Shown here piece after piece: positions 51,682-63,417 of a DNA stretch of 64,000 nucleotides. This DNA is from an uncultured Lachnospiraceae bacterium (GTDB taxonomy: Bacteria; Bacillota; Clostridia; TANB77; CAG-508). Each line of letters begins with the position of its first letter. Within the stretch, counting starts at the first letter, position 1. The position numbers and the translations under genes were made by a program. Where the stretch lies: positions 29,036-93,035 of the forward strand of contig CAZAZX010000003.1 of assembly GCA_964489885.1 (NCBI GenBank), given 5' to 3'. The notes under the pieces are model-generated. The model saw only the letters and a program-made list of their open reading frames with translations, made no database searches and was not told the DNA's origin.

Positions 51682-52200
51682 TTAATCCTTTCTTAATTTT
51701 CTTTTTATTCTATATAATCTAGTTGATACATTGTATCTTGTTATACTTAATTCTTTAGCTATATCTTCAATTGATTTAGAATTATAGTAAAAATCTTCAA
51801 AAATCTTTATATCTATTGCTTTCATTTTATTTAATTTATTTTCTATTTTTTTAATTTCTTCCATATTTTCTAGAAGTTCGTAATCATTATTTTCATAATA
51901 TAAACTATTTTCAAAATCAGAAATATCATAATGTATTTTTTTCTTTTTAAAATAATCTTTTACAACATTTCTTGTAATTCCTGCAACATAAGGACTTAAG
52001 CTTTTATTGTAATCCAATTTATTTTGATTTTTCCATAATATAAAGAAAATATCCAATACTATTTCTTCTTTATCGCTTTCATTTATTGCATTTGACATAT
52101 TAGAAATAATTTTTTCAACATAGTTTGTATAATTATTAATTATCTCGTCTATATCTAATTCATTTTTTCTAATATAGTCTTTTATAATTCCTTTTTTCAA
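51682..52200 (-). CDS. ECF-type RNA polymerase sigma factor, 172 aa
   Basis: Region 2-like segment and region 4 HTH (SIEDIAKELSITRYNVSTRLYRIKRKLRK). Confidence 0.75.
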   Translation of the reverse strand: MKKGIIKDYIRKNELDIDEIINNYTNYVEKIISNMSNAINESDKEEIVLDIFFILWKNQNKLDYNKSLSPYVAGITRNVVKDYFKKKKIHYDISDFENSLYYENNDYELLENMEEIKKIENKLNKMKAIDIKIFEDFYYNSKSIEDIAKELSITRYNVSTRLYRIKRKLRKD

Positions 52201-52298
52201 TTAGATCTAAATTCCTTTCTTTATTTTAAGATATCTTACAACTATATATTGGCTTTAATAATTAAAATATAACACTTTTTTAAAATTTATTCCAAATT

Positions 52299-52340
52299 AA
52301 AAAAAGCTGATTATTCAATTAGAATAACCAGCTTTAATAT
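52299..52340 (-). terminator. Hairpin with A/T flanks between tRNA-Gln and the ECF sigma gene
   Basis: Stem AAAGCTGATTATTC / GAATAACCAGCTTT (one mismatch) flanked by an A-run and a T-rich tract. Confidence 0.45.
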
Positions 52341-52540
52341 TTATTATATTCAATTAATAAATTTCATTTGCCTCATCTTGTGTTATTAAATTTTGTTGTA
52401 ATGCAAAATCAACTTGCTTTTTTCTCTCTGTTTTATCTTCAATGCCTTTTAGATGTTCTATTAATTCACTATGGTCATCTACTATCTTTCCATCTCTAGT
52501 GAATAGATAATTGCCTAAATATGTTCAAAAGCCCTTATTT

Positions 52541-52616
52541 TGGCTGGGGTACTAGGATTCGAACCTAGGAAATGTCGGAATCAGAATCCGATGCCTTACC
52601 ACTTGGCGATACCCCA
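52541..52616 (-). tRNA. tRNA-Gln (anticodon CUG), 76 nt, CCA encoded
   Basis: Hand-folded cloverleaf: acceptor stem TGGGGTA / TACCCCA, D-arm GCC-AAGTGGTAA-GGC, anticodon stem TCGGA / TCCGA with loop TTCTGAT, T-arm CTAGG-TTCGAAT-CCTAG, discriminator G. It resembles Bacillus tRNA-Gln. Confidence 0.85.
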
Positions 52617-52626
52617 AAATATGTAT

Positions 52627-52661
52627 ACCCCTCAGTTACTTTCCTCAGTTGACTGAGGGGT
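52627..52661 (-). terminator. Hairpin between the eno stop and tRNA-Gln (terminator or processing structure)
   Basis: Perfect 10-bp stem ACCCCTCAGT / ACTGAGGGGT. The minus-strand T-run is weak, so eno and the tRNA may be co-transcribed. Confidence 0.4.
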
Positions 52662-52667
52662 ATGTTT

Positions 52668-53981
<1,314 letters not shown>

Positions 53982-53994
53982 TTATCCTTCTTTC

Positions 53995-54702
53995 TTATTT
54001 TTTGTTAAACAATGCTAAAATCTGATTGTTTGTCGGAACATTATCCGCTTTTATTTCTTTCATAACATTTGTTTTTTCATTTTTATTAGACTCTGCTTTG
54101 TTGTATTCCATAATGTTATGTATTGGTCTTTTATAAAGCCCTTCTTCATAAATTTCAGTATCTTTTTTAGTTTCATCATTTTTTTCAGAAAGATATTTAT
54201 TAATTATTTTTCTTTCTTTTCTATTTAATGTTTCAACATCCTCTTTTAAATATTTATATCTCCATATTATATGTCTTTCATAATTTGAAGATTCTGAACT
54301 ATCAATTGCATCATAATTGTATTCTATTTTAAATTTAAAATTTTCAATTGATATTGTTATATTAGTCCACAGTCTGTGTTTATTTTTTTTATATTCCTCT
54401 CTTAAGCTATTAATAGAAGAATATAAACTTTTTACCAACTTCATATATTCTTGTTCTTCAATATTAAATTTTGAGGGTATTTGGTATACATTTATCGCAT
54501 CCCTTTTTAATAAACCTTTAGGAAAATAGTAAAAATACATTTCTCCAATTGGCATTTGATATGCTTTTTCAACAATCGATGCATACAAATATAAACTATC
54601 CCATTTTTCAGGCACCATATAAAATAGCTTTTTTTGAATTTCCTTGTATATATTTTTTATTTCTGGTGTATCTAGCAAGCAAGCTCCCCTCCTTACTTCC
54701 AA
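53995..54702 (-). CDS. Hypothetical protein inserted between gpmI and eno, possibly a DUF600/YezG-like immunity protein, 235 aa
   Basis: Pattern YFYYFPKG...NIEEQEYMKLVKSLYSSINSLREEYKKNKHRLWTNITISIENFKFKIEYNYD resembles polymorphic-toxin immunity proteins of the DUF600 type; lysine-rich C-terminal tail. The family assignment is tentative. Confidence 0.5.
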   Translation of the reverse strand: MEVRRGACLLDTPEIKNIYKEIQKKLFYMVPEKWDSLYLYASIVEKAYQMPIGEMYFYYFPKGLLKRDAINVYQIPSKFNIEEQEYMKLVKSLYSSINSLREEYKKNKHRLWTNITISIENFKFKIEYNYDAIDSSESSNYERHIIWRYKYLKEDVETLNRKERKIINKYLSEKNDETKKDTEIYEEGLYKRPIHNIMEYNKAESNKNEKTNVMKEIKADNVPTNNQILALFNKK

Positions 54703-54710
54703 ATTACATT

Positions 54711-56240
54711 TTACTTTTCAATTAAACTAATACCTGTCATTTCTTCTGGCTTTTGTAAATTAAGCAGTTCTAACATTGTAGGTGCTATATCACATAAACG
54801 CCCATGTTTTAATTTTATATTGTCTACTCCACATATTACTAGTGGAACTTCATTTATTGTATGAGCTGTATGAGGATCACCTGTAACATAGTCTATCATT
54901 TGTTCTGCATTTCCATGATCTGATGTTATAATTAATATTCCATCTGCCTTTTTCATTGCCTTAGCAACTTTACCTATGCATTCGTCAATTACTTCTAATG
55001 CTTTGATTGTGGCCTCTAAATTTCCAGTATGTCCAACCATATCTGGATTTGCATAGTTTAAAATAATAACATCATATTTTTTTTCTTCAATTGCCTGAAT
55101 AACATTCTCTGTAACCTTCTTTGCACTCATTTCAGGTTGTAAATCATACGTTTCAACCTTTGGTGAAGGGATTAAAATTCTATCTTCATTCAAATATTGT
55201 CTTTCTTCTCCACCATTAAAGAAAAATGTTACATGAGAATATTTTTCTGTTTCTGCAATTCTTAATTGTGAAAGTCCTTTTTTGCTTATATATTCGCCTA
55301 AAGTATTTTTTATACTTTCATTTTTATATGCAATGTGAACATTAGGCATTGTTTCATCATATTGTGTAAAACACACAAAATATAAATCTATTTTTTTTGT
55401 TTCAAATTCACTAAATCTATCATCCACTAGTGCTCTAGTTAATTCCCTAGCTCTATCTGGTCTAAAATTGAAAAATATTACTGAATCTTTATTAGCAATT
55501 GTTGCAATTGGCTCTTCTCCATTGCAAATTAGTGTAGGCTTAACAAATTCATCAAAAATTTCTTTTTGATAAGAATCTTCAATTGCCTTAATTGCTGAAG
55601 TGGATTTTTCTCCTATACCATTTACTAGTGCATCATAGCACTTTTTTATTCTTTCCCATCTTTTATCTCTGTCCATACTGTAAAATCTTCCACTTATACT
55701 TGCAATTTTTCCTAGTCCCTTTTCAGATATTTTATTTTCTAATTCCATCAAATATGATTCTGCAGATAAAGGAGGTGTATCTCTTCCATCTAAAAAGCAA
55801 TGAATATATACATCTTCAAAATCCTTTCTTTTGGCTAATTCTAAAATAGCATATAAGTGTCTAATATGACTGTGTACTCCTCCGTCAGATACTAAACCCA
55901 TTACGTGTAATTTTGTATGATTTTTTTTGCAATTTTCTATAGCATTGTTTAATTCTGTAATACTAAAAAAATCTCCTTCTGCAATTGACTTCGTAATTCT
56001 TGTAAAATCCTGATAAACAATTCTTCCAGCCCCAATATTTGTGTGTCCTACCTCAGAATTTCCCATTTGTCCTTCTGGAAGTCCAACATCTATTCCACTT
56101 GTTACTATTGTTGTATTTGGATTTTGTTTTAATAGTTTATTCCAATTTGGCATTTTTGCTAACTTTACTGCATTTGATTTTTCATTATCATTAATTCCAA
56201 ATCCGTCTAAAATCATTAGCATTGTTAGTTTTTTACCCAT
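54711..56240 (-). CDS. gpmI: 2,3-bisphosphoglycerate-independent phosphoglycerate mutase, 509 aa
   Basis: Conserved iPGM sequence including the catalytic Ser region (GNSEVGHTNIGAGR). Confidence 0.95.
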   Translation of the reverse strand: MGKKLTMLMILDGFGINDNEKSNAVKLAKMPNWNKLLKQNPNTTIVTSGIDVGLPEGQMGNSEVGHTNIGAGRIVYQDFTRITKSIAEGDFFSITELNNAIENCKKNHTKLHVMGLVSDGGVHSHIRHLYAILELAKRKDFEDVYIHCFLDGRDTPPLSAESYLMELENKISEKGLGKIASISGRFYSMDRDKRWERIKKCYDALVNGIGEKSTSAIKAIEDSYQKEIFDEFVKPTLICNGEEPIATIANKDSVIFFNFRPDRARELTRALVDDRFSEFETKKIDLYFVCFTQYDETMPNVHIAYKNESIKNTLGEYISKKGLSQLRIAETEKYSHVTFFFNGGEERQYLNEDRILIPSPKVETYDLQPEMSAKKVTENVIQAIEEKKYDVIILNYANPDMVGHTGNLEATIKALEVIDECIGKVAKAMKKADGILIITSDHGNAEQMIDYVTGDPHTAHTINEVPLVICGVDNIKLKHGRLCDIAPTMLELLNLQKPEEMTGISLIEK

Positions 56241-56263
56241 ATTTTTTCCCTTCTTATCTTATA

Positions 56264-57022
56264 TTATGCCTTTACAATTTTACTAAATTCATCTGGTTTC
56301 AAGCTAGCTCCTCCAACAAGTGCTCCATCAATATCTGACATAGAAAATAAATCCTTTGCATTTGTTGAGTTAACACTTCCACCATATTGAATTATAACTC
56401 TTTCTGCGGTATTTTGTCCATATATTTTTGAAATTTCATCTCTTATATGTTTAATAGAATTGTTTGCATCTTCAGCAGTTGCTGTTTTACCAGTTCCTAT
56501 TGCCCATATAGGCTCGTATGCAATAATACAATTTTCTACTTGTTCATTTGTTAATCCTTCAAGTGCTAAAGCAGTTTGACTAGTTATTACTTCAATTGCC
56601 TTTCCATTTTCTTTTTGATTCAAATTTTCTCCAACACAAATAATTGGTTTTAAACCATATTTAAAAGCAGATTTTACTTTTTTATTCACAGTTTCATCAC
56701 TTTCTGCGAAATACTGTCTTCTTTCTGAATGTCCAATTATAACATACTCAACTCCAATTGACTTCAACATCTTTCCTGAAACTTCACCTGTAAATGCTCC
56801 TTTTTCTTCCCAATGCATATTTTGAGCGCCAACCTTAATATTAGTTCCTTGTGAATTTAGCAATACATAAAACAAATCAATATATGGAACACATACTATA
56901 ACTTCGTTTTCTGTGTCTTTTACTAAATCCTCTAATTTTTGAATAAAATCTATTGCTTCATTTGGAAGCATATTCATTTTCCAATTTCCAGCTACAACTC
57001 TTCTTCTCATTCTTTCCTCCAT
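56264..57022 (-). CDS. tpiA: Triosephosphate isomerase, 252 aa
   Basis: Conserved TIM active-site residues (AYEPIWAIGTG). Confidence 0.95.
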   Translation of the reverse strand: MEERMRRRVVAGNWKMNMLPNEAIDFIQKLEDLVKDTENEVIVCVPYIDLFYVLLNSQGTNIKVGAQNMHWEEKGAFTGEVSGKMLKSIGVEYVIIGHSERRQYFAESDETVNKKVKSAFKYGLKPIICVGENLNQKENGKAIEVITSQTALALEGLTNEQVENCIIAYEPIWAIGTGKTATAEDANNSIKHIRDEISKIYGQNTAERVIIQYGGSVNSTNAKDLFSMSDIDGALVGGASLKPDEFSKIVKA

Positions 57023-57030
57023 TTTAAAAT

Positions 57031-58215
57031 TTATTTATCCAATAAACATTCAATTCCTGGTAATTTTTTTCCTTCTAGGAACTCTAATGATGCTCCTCCT
57101 CCTGTTGAAACATGTGACATTTTGTTTGAAAGTCCTGCTTTTTCAATAGCAGATGCAGAGTCTCCTCCACCAATTATTGTTACAGCATCAATATTTGCAA
57201 GTGCATTCGCTATGGCATTTGTACCTACAGCAAATTTATCAAATTCAAATAATCCCATAGGTCCATTCCATACAACTGTCTTTGCCTTTTTTAACTCATC
57301 ACTAAATAGCTTAATAGTTTCAGGTCCAATATCAAATCCTTGCCAATCTTCTGGAATTTCGTTAAATTTTACAACTTTGCTTTCGGTATTTTTATCAAAT
57401 TCCTTTCCAACTACTGTATCTACAGGTAAAAGTAATTTTACATTCTTTTCTTTAGCTTTATTTAATAGATTATTTGCTAGCTCAAGTTTATCTATTTCAC
57501 ATACAGATTTTCCAACTTCATATCCTTGTGCTTTAAAAAATGTATATGCCATTGCACCTCCAATTATTAATGTATCAACTTTTTCAAGCAAATTATCTAT
57601 TACCCCTATTTTGTCTGAAACTTTAACTCCTCCTAAGATTGCAACAAAAGGTCTTTCTGGATTTTCTAAAGCTTTTCCCATGAAATTAATTTCTTTTTCA
57701 ATTAAAAATCCTGATACAGCTGGTAAAAATTCTGCAACTCCTGCTGTTGATGAATGTGCTCTGTGTGCTGTTCCAAAAGCATCATTTACATATATATCCG
57801 CTAAAGAAGCTAATTTTTTTGAAAATTCTCTGTCATTTTTTTCTTCACCAGGTTCAAAACGAACATTTTCTAGTAATACTATATCTCCATCTTTCATATT
57901 AGCAACTAAGTTTTTTGTGTCTTCTCCTACAACATCTTTTGAAAGCTTAACTTCTTTTTCTAGCAATTTGCTTAGTTCTTTTGCAACTGGTGCTAAAGAA
58001 AATTCTTTTTTTACTTCTCCTTTTGGTCTTCCTAAGTGTGAACAAAGTATTATTTTTGCATTATTTTCTAATAAATATTTTATTGTATCTAAAGCAGATA
58101 CTATCCTCCTATTATCTGTAATGTTACCATTTTCATCTTGTGGTACATTAAAATCGCATCTGACTAAAACCTTCTTTCCTTTAACGTCAATGTCTTTTAC
58201 AGTCTTTTTATTCAT
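57031..58215 (-). CDS. pgk: Phosphoglycerate kinase, ~394 aa
   Basis: Conserved PGK sequence. The start is set at the internal [25 protein letters not shown] (SD GAAGGA, 6 nt spacing); the listed ORF begins 6 codons earlier. Confidence 0.95.
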   Translation of the reverse strand: MNKKTVKDIDVKGKKVLVRCDFNVPQDENGNITDNRRIVSALDTIKYLLENNAKIILCSHLGRPKGEVKKEFSLAPVAKELSKLLEKEVKLSKDVVGEDTKNLVANMKDGDIVLLENVRFEPGEEKNDREFSKKLASLADIYVNDAFGTAHRAHSSTAGVAEFLPAVSGFLIEKEINFMGKALENPERPFVAILGGVKVSDKIGVIDNLLEKVDTLIIGGAMAYTFFKAQGYEVGKSVCEIDKLELANNLLNKAKEKNVKLLLPVDTVVGKEFDKNTESKVVKFNEIPEDWQGFDIGPETIKLFSDELKKAKTVVWNGPMGLFEFDKFAVGTNAIANALANIDAVTIIGGGDSASAIEKAGLSNKMSHVSTGGGASLEFLEGKKLPGIECLLDK

Positions 58216-58245
58216 TATTATTCCTTCTTTCATATATAATTCGTA

Positions 58246-58278
58246 TAAAAAACGCCCTTGAAATAAGTTTCAGGGCAT
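58246..58278 (-). terminator. Hairpin with T-run between gap and pgk (internal attenuator)
   Basis: Minus strand GCCCT-loop-AGGGCG followed by TTTTTTATAC, analogous to the gapA-pgk attenuator known in Bacillus. Confidence 0.5.
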
Positions 58279-58297
58279 TTTATACTTTAATATTTAC

Positions 58298-59350
<1,053 letters not shown>

Positions 59351-59410
59351 TTATCCATCTTTGTGGATTTAATACAATTTTATAAATTAAAATATTTTTC
59401 CATATCTACA

Positions 59411-59448
59411 GAAAAAAATGAATTACAACAAAAGTATAATTCATTTTT
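59411..59448 (-). terminator. Rho-independent terminator (bidirectional) between the small upstream ORF and gap
   Basis: Perfect 9-bp stem AATGAATTA / TAATTCATT flanked by A7 and T5. Confidence 0.55.
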
Positions 59449-59454
59449 CAAAAT

Positions 59455-59817
59455 TTATTTTCCAAATTTTATTTCTTGAAACATGAAATCATGAAATTTC
59501 TTAAATGTAACTTCTGTGTTTAAAACTTCATTAATTTTATCTTCAAAAGCTTGTTGTCTTGGTGTTAATTCAACAGTAACATCTTGTAGCCAAAAAGACT
59601 TAAATCTTGACCACATACTTGGTTTTACTGGCAAACCTGCTTTTTCAATTGGTTCTATTCCATTAATTCCATTCATTTCATTTATTCTACCAAATCCATT
59701 TTCTGCCTTTACCCCATATTGCATATCTCCATTGTTTCCAACTATTTCTTTACTAGATACTCTAAAATCATCCATTATAAATTCCTCCTCAGTATACAAA
59801 AATAACTTTATTTTCAC
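59455..59817 (-). CDS. Hypothetical protein (up to 120 aa) occupying the position where cggR usually lies upstream of gap
   Basis: ORF with no recognisable motifs; it has its own terminator. Confidence 0.4.
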   Translation of the reverse strand: MKIKLFLYTEEEFIMDDFRVSSKEIVGNNGDMQYGVKAENGFGRINEMNGINGIEPIEKAGLPVKPSMWSRFKSFWLQDVTVELTPRQQAFEDKINEVLNTEVTFKKFHDFMFQEIKFGK

Positions 59818-59884
59818 CTTTATTTATACTATAAATATCCATATTTATCAATATTTATTATATTAAGTTTATGTTACGCTTTTG

Positions 59885-61213
59885 TTACATTTGTATTACT
59901 GAGCCTTTTATTCCATCTCTAAATTCAGACTCTAAAAATACCTCTTTCATTTCATTTTCATTTGCATCCTCTTTTTTTACATATACCATTATGTAATTAG
60001 ATGTATGACCTTTTATGTAATCACCCTCATACTGTTCAAACAATACTCTTTCGCTTTTTCCAATATATTTTCTATGGAAATTATGCTTTTGTTCTTCTGT
60101 TAATTTAATTAAAATTTCACTTCTTTTTTCTTTAATTTCTGGAGAAATTTGATTTTCCATAATTGCTGCTTTTGTTCCTTCTCTTTGTGAATATTTAAAT
60201 ACGTGTAATTTATAAAAATTAATCTCTTTTAAATTTTCATAAGTAGTATTAAACTCTTCTTCGGTTTCTCCTGGAAATCCAACAATTATATCTGTTGTAA
60301 GTGCTACATTTTCATATTCTCTTCTAATCAAATTAACTATTTCTTTAAATTGCTCTATAGTATATCTTCTATTCATTCTTTTTAAAGTATTATTACATCC
60401 ACTTTGTAAAGACAAATGAAAATGTTCACATATTTTTTCAAGTTTTTTTAATTTCGATATAAATTCCTCTGTTATAATTGTAGGTTCAATTGAGCTTAAT
60501 CTAATTCTTTGTAATCCTTCAATTTTATTTATTTCAGCAAGTAAATCAATTAGTCCAACATTTTCTTTAAAATCTTTTCCATACGATGCAACATGAATTC
60601 CTGTTACAACAACTTCTTGAATACCTTCTTGAACCATTTTTTCAACTTCTGCAACAACACTATCAATTTTTCTGCTTCTTACTCTCCCTCTTGCATACGG
60701 TATAATACAATATGAGCAAAACCTATCGCACCCATCTTGAACTTTAATTACTCCTCTTGTTTTTTCTGTATACCCTATGCTTCCAAAGTCCTCATATTTT
60801 TTTACACTCATTATATCACTAACAAATTCCTCATGCTCGTCTTTGTTGCTGAATTGTTCTATATATTCAACAATATTGTTTTTTTCATTAACACCTAATA
60901 TTAAATCAATATCATTTATTTTTTCTAGTTCATCTTTTGCAACCTGTGCATAGCAACCTGTCGCAACAATTAAAGCATCTTTATTTATTTTTTTTGCTCT
61001 CCTTATTATTTGTCTTGACTTTTTATCAGACATATTTGTAACTGTACACGTATTTATAATATAAATATCTGCAATGCTTTCAAAATTTACGATTTGATAA
61101 CCATGTTCTATAAATTTTTGTGCCATAGCATTTGACTCGTATTGATTTACTTTACATCCTAATGTAACGAAAGACACAGTCTTTTTTTTCTTATTTTCCA
61201 TACCACAACTCAC
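59885..61213 (-). CDS. Radical-SAM methylthiotransferase of the MiaB/RimO/MtaB family (MtaB/YqeV-like), 442 aa
   Basis: N-terminal MTTase Cys triad (TLGCKVNQYES...NTCTVT), radical SAM CSYCIIPYARG, and a C-terminal TRAM-like region. Confidence 0.85.
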   Translation of the reverse strand: MSCGMENKKKKTVSFVTLGCKVNQYESNAMAQKFIEHGYQIVNFESIADIYIINTCTVTNMSDKKSRQIIRRAKKINKDALIVATGCYAQVAKDELEKINDIDLILGVNEKNNIVEYIEQFSNKDEHEEFVSDIMSVKKYEDFGSIGYTEKTRGVIKVQDGCDRFCSYCIIPYARGRVRSRKIDSVVAEVEKMVQEGIQEVVVTGIHVASYGKDFKENVGLIDLLAEINKIEGLQRIRLSSIEPTIITEEFISKLKKLEKICEHFHLSLQSGCNNTLKRMNRRYTIEQFKEIVNLIRREYENVALTTDIIVGFPGETEEEFNTTYENLKEINFYKLHVFKYSQREGTKAAIMENQISPEIKEKRSEILIKLTEEQKHNFHRKYIGKSERVLFEQYEGDYIKGHTSNYIMVYVKKEDANENEMKEVFLESEFRDGIKGSVIQM

Positions 61214-61329
61214 TTTCAGCTATTTTAAATTTTTTCCAAATTTTTCATTATTTTTTATTATATTTTGATTACATTTTTTCATAATGTGTCCACATTCTTA
61301 AAATTTTTATTGTTTTCTCGCTTTGTACA

Positions 61330-61587
61330 CTACCATTCCACCTCTTCTTCGTCAACACAATCTTCTATCTTCTCTTTCATTCCCTTGACAGTGTCATCTT
61401 TTAATCCTGATATAGATGAAATATACAATGTTTCCATTAAATTGTTATAATCTTCTTCTGATAAAACAACTGCATTACCATTTTTAGTTGAAATATTTAT
61501 AGGCTCATTATACTTTATTGTTTGTTCTAACAATTCATATATATTCTTTCTAAAATTTGTGATATTAGTATTTGTCATTATCAACAC
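61330..61587 (-). CDS. Phd/YefM-family antitoxin, 85 aa, with no adjacent toxin gene
   Basis: ITNFRKNIYELLEQTIKYNEPINISTKNGNAVVLSEEDYNNLMETLYISSIS closely parallels YefM ([52 protein letters not shown]). Only 116 nt of non-coding sequence follow it. Confidence 0.65.
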   Translation of the reverse strand: MLIMTNTNITNFRKNIYELLEQTIKYNEPINISTKNGNAVVLSEEDYNNLMETLYISSISGLKDDTVKGMKEKIEDCVDEEEVEW

Positions 61588-61745
61588 CTCCTATAATATA
61601 TAGGAGCATACGCTTTTACGTACGTCAATATATTATACTATTATTTTCAATAAATTATAATATTATTCAAACTCACCCAAAAATTTTCTAAGTAGTTTTT
61701 CTCTCTCAATAAAATTTAGCAGATATAAAATATATCTGCTAAATT

Positions 61746-62750
61746 TTATCTTTTTCTATTATCTAATGCATCTAAATTATCTAATGCTTTACCTGTTCCT
61801 AAAGCCACACATGATACAGCATCTTCTGCTATCATAACTCTAATTCCTGTGTCCTCAGATAACAATTTGTCTAAACCATTGACTAAACATCCTCCACCTG
61901 TCATATAAATTCCTTTGTCGCTTATATCAGCTGCTAATTCTGGTGGTGTCTTCTCAAGTACTGAATGAACAGCATCTAAAATTAATCTAGCAGGTTCTTC
62001 TAGTGCTTCCATTATTTCGCTTGATTTAACAGTTATTGTTTTTGGCAACCCATCTATTAAGTCTCTTCCTCTAACATCCATTTCAATATCTTGAATTCTA
62101 GGATATACACAACCTATATTCATTTTTAATTCCTCAGCAGTTCTTTCTCCAATCATAATGTTATGCCTTTTTTTCATGTATTTTACTATATATTCATCAA
62201 ATTTATCTCCTGCAACCTTTATAGAAGTACTTACAACAGATCCGCCTAAAGAAATTACTGCAATATCAGTTGTTCCTCCTCCAATATCTACAATCATATT
62301 TCCAGAAGGTTTAGAAATGTCTATTCCTGCCCCAATTGCAGCTGCGATTGGTTCTTCTATTAAATATACTTTTCTAGCACCCGCCTGAGATGCTGCATCA
62401 ATTACAGCTTTTTTTTCAACCTCTGTTACCCTAGATGGTATACATATCATAATTCTTGGAGAAAAAATAAATCTGCCACAAATTTTGTTTATAAAGTATT
62501 TAAGCATCTTTTCTGTTACTGTATAGTCTGAAATCACACCATCCCTTAATGGTCTTGTTGCGACAATATTTCCTGGTGTTCTTCCAAGCATTCTTCTAGC
62601 TTCTTGGCCAACTGCTAGTACTTCTTTTGTATCACTATTTACAGCAACAACAGATGGTTCACGTAAAACAATTCCTTTGCCTCTAACGTAAGCAATAACT
62701 GTTGCAGTACCTAAATCTATTCCAATGTCTTGCCCAAACTTGAACATCAT
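61746..62750 (-). CDS. mreB: Rod shape-determining protein MreB/Mbl family, 334 aa
   Basis: Actin-like ATPase motifs (IGIDLGTATV, DIGGGTTD). Confidence 0.9.
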   Translation of the reverse strand: MMFKFGQDIGIDLGTATVIAYVRGKGIVLREPSVVAVNSDTKEVLAVGQEARRMLGRTPGNIVATRPLRDGVISDYTVTEKMLKYFINKICGRFIFSPRIMICIPSRVTEVEKKAVIDAASQAGARKVYLIEEPIAAAIGAGIDISKPSGNMIVDIGGGTTDIAVISLGGSVVSTSIKVAGDKFDEYIVKYMKKRHNIMIGERTAEELKMNIGCVYPRIQDIEMDVRGRDLIDGLPKTITVKSSEIMEALEEPARLILDAVHSVLEKTPPELAADISDKGIYMTGGGCLVNGLDKLLSEDTGIRVMIAEDAVSCVALGTGKALDNLDALDNRKR

Positions 62751-62837
62751 ATCTACTCCTTTAAAATATTTTCGCTTTTATTACAAATTTGTTACAATTA
62801 TATTACATTTAAGATAAAATTTCAATATAATATTTAT

Positions 62838-62878
62838 AAAAAAAGATTAATAATTTTAATCAAACTATTAATCTTTTT
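62838..62878 (-). terminator. Rho-independent terminator (bidirectional) downstream of the 113-aa ORF
   Basis: Perfect 10-bp stem AAGATTAATA / TATTAATCTT flanked by A8 and T5. Confidence 0.55.
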
Positions 62879-63052
62879 ATCCATTATAATACAGAATATA
62901 CCATAATCATTCCAACTAGAACTTCTATTCCCCAATCTATGTTATTAAAAAATCTATGTATAGCATAAAATCCACCATTTTCTTCAATTTGATTTACTGT
63001 TGAAATAACATAACTTCCAACATTTGAAAATCTAAATGGAATTGTAAAATTT

Positions 63053-63394
63053 TTACTTTTCCCTCCGAATTAAGCTTTCAATATTTTCGTATTCACTTCC
63101 TAAATATTGATTATTCTTGCTAAAGAAATCTATTTTTAAATATTTATTTTGTTCTGAGCCATCATCTTTTTTTGTGATTTGGCCACTGATTGAACCATTT
63201 GCATTTGTTGCTTTTGCTTCATTTACTGTAATATCATAATTTTGAGATTTGATTGATGTAGCATTTGTTCCTAAATTTCTATAAGTGCTATATAAACTGT
63301 AATCTATAATAACATTTGAGACAAAATAAAAAGCCACAAATATTACGAAATATATAAAAAAGGTCTTCAATCTTTTCATGGGTATAACCTCCAT
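63053..63394 (-). CDS. Hypothetical exported or membrane-anchored protein, ~108-113 aa
   Basis: N-terminal hydrophobic signal/anchor (KTFFIYFVIFVAFYFV) and no other motifs. Confidence 0.35.
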   Translation of the reverse strand: MEVIPMKRLKTFFIYFVIFVAFYFVSNVIIDYSLYSTYRNLGTNATSIKSQNYDITVNEAKATNANGSISGQITKKDDGSEQNKYLKIDFFSKNNQYLGSEYENIESLIRREK

Positions 63395-63417
63395 TTATCT
63401 GTTAAATACAATTTTAT

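Noticed and set aside
56939-58261. 440-aa plus-strand ORF antisense to tpiA/pgk
   Set aside because: It is completely antisense to two highly conserved glycolytic genes, and its Ser/Thr/Phe-rich low-complexity translation is typical of the reverse strand of AT-rich coding sequence.
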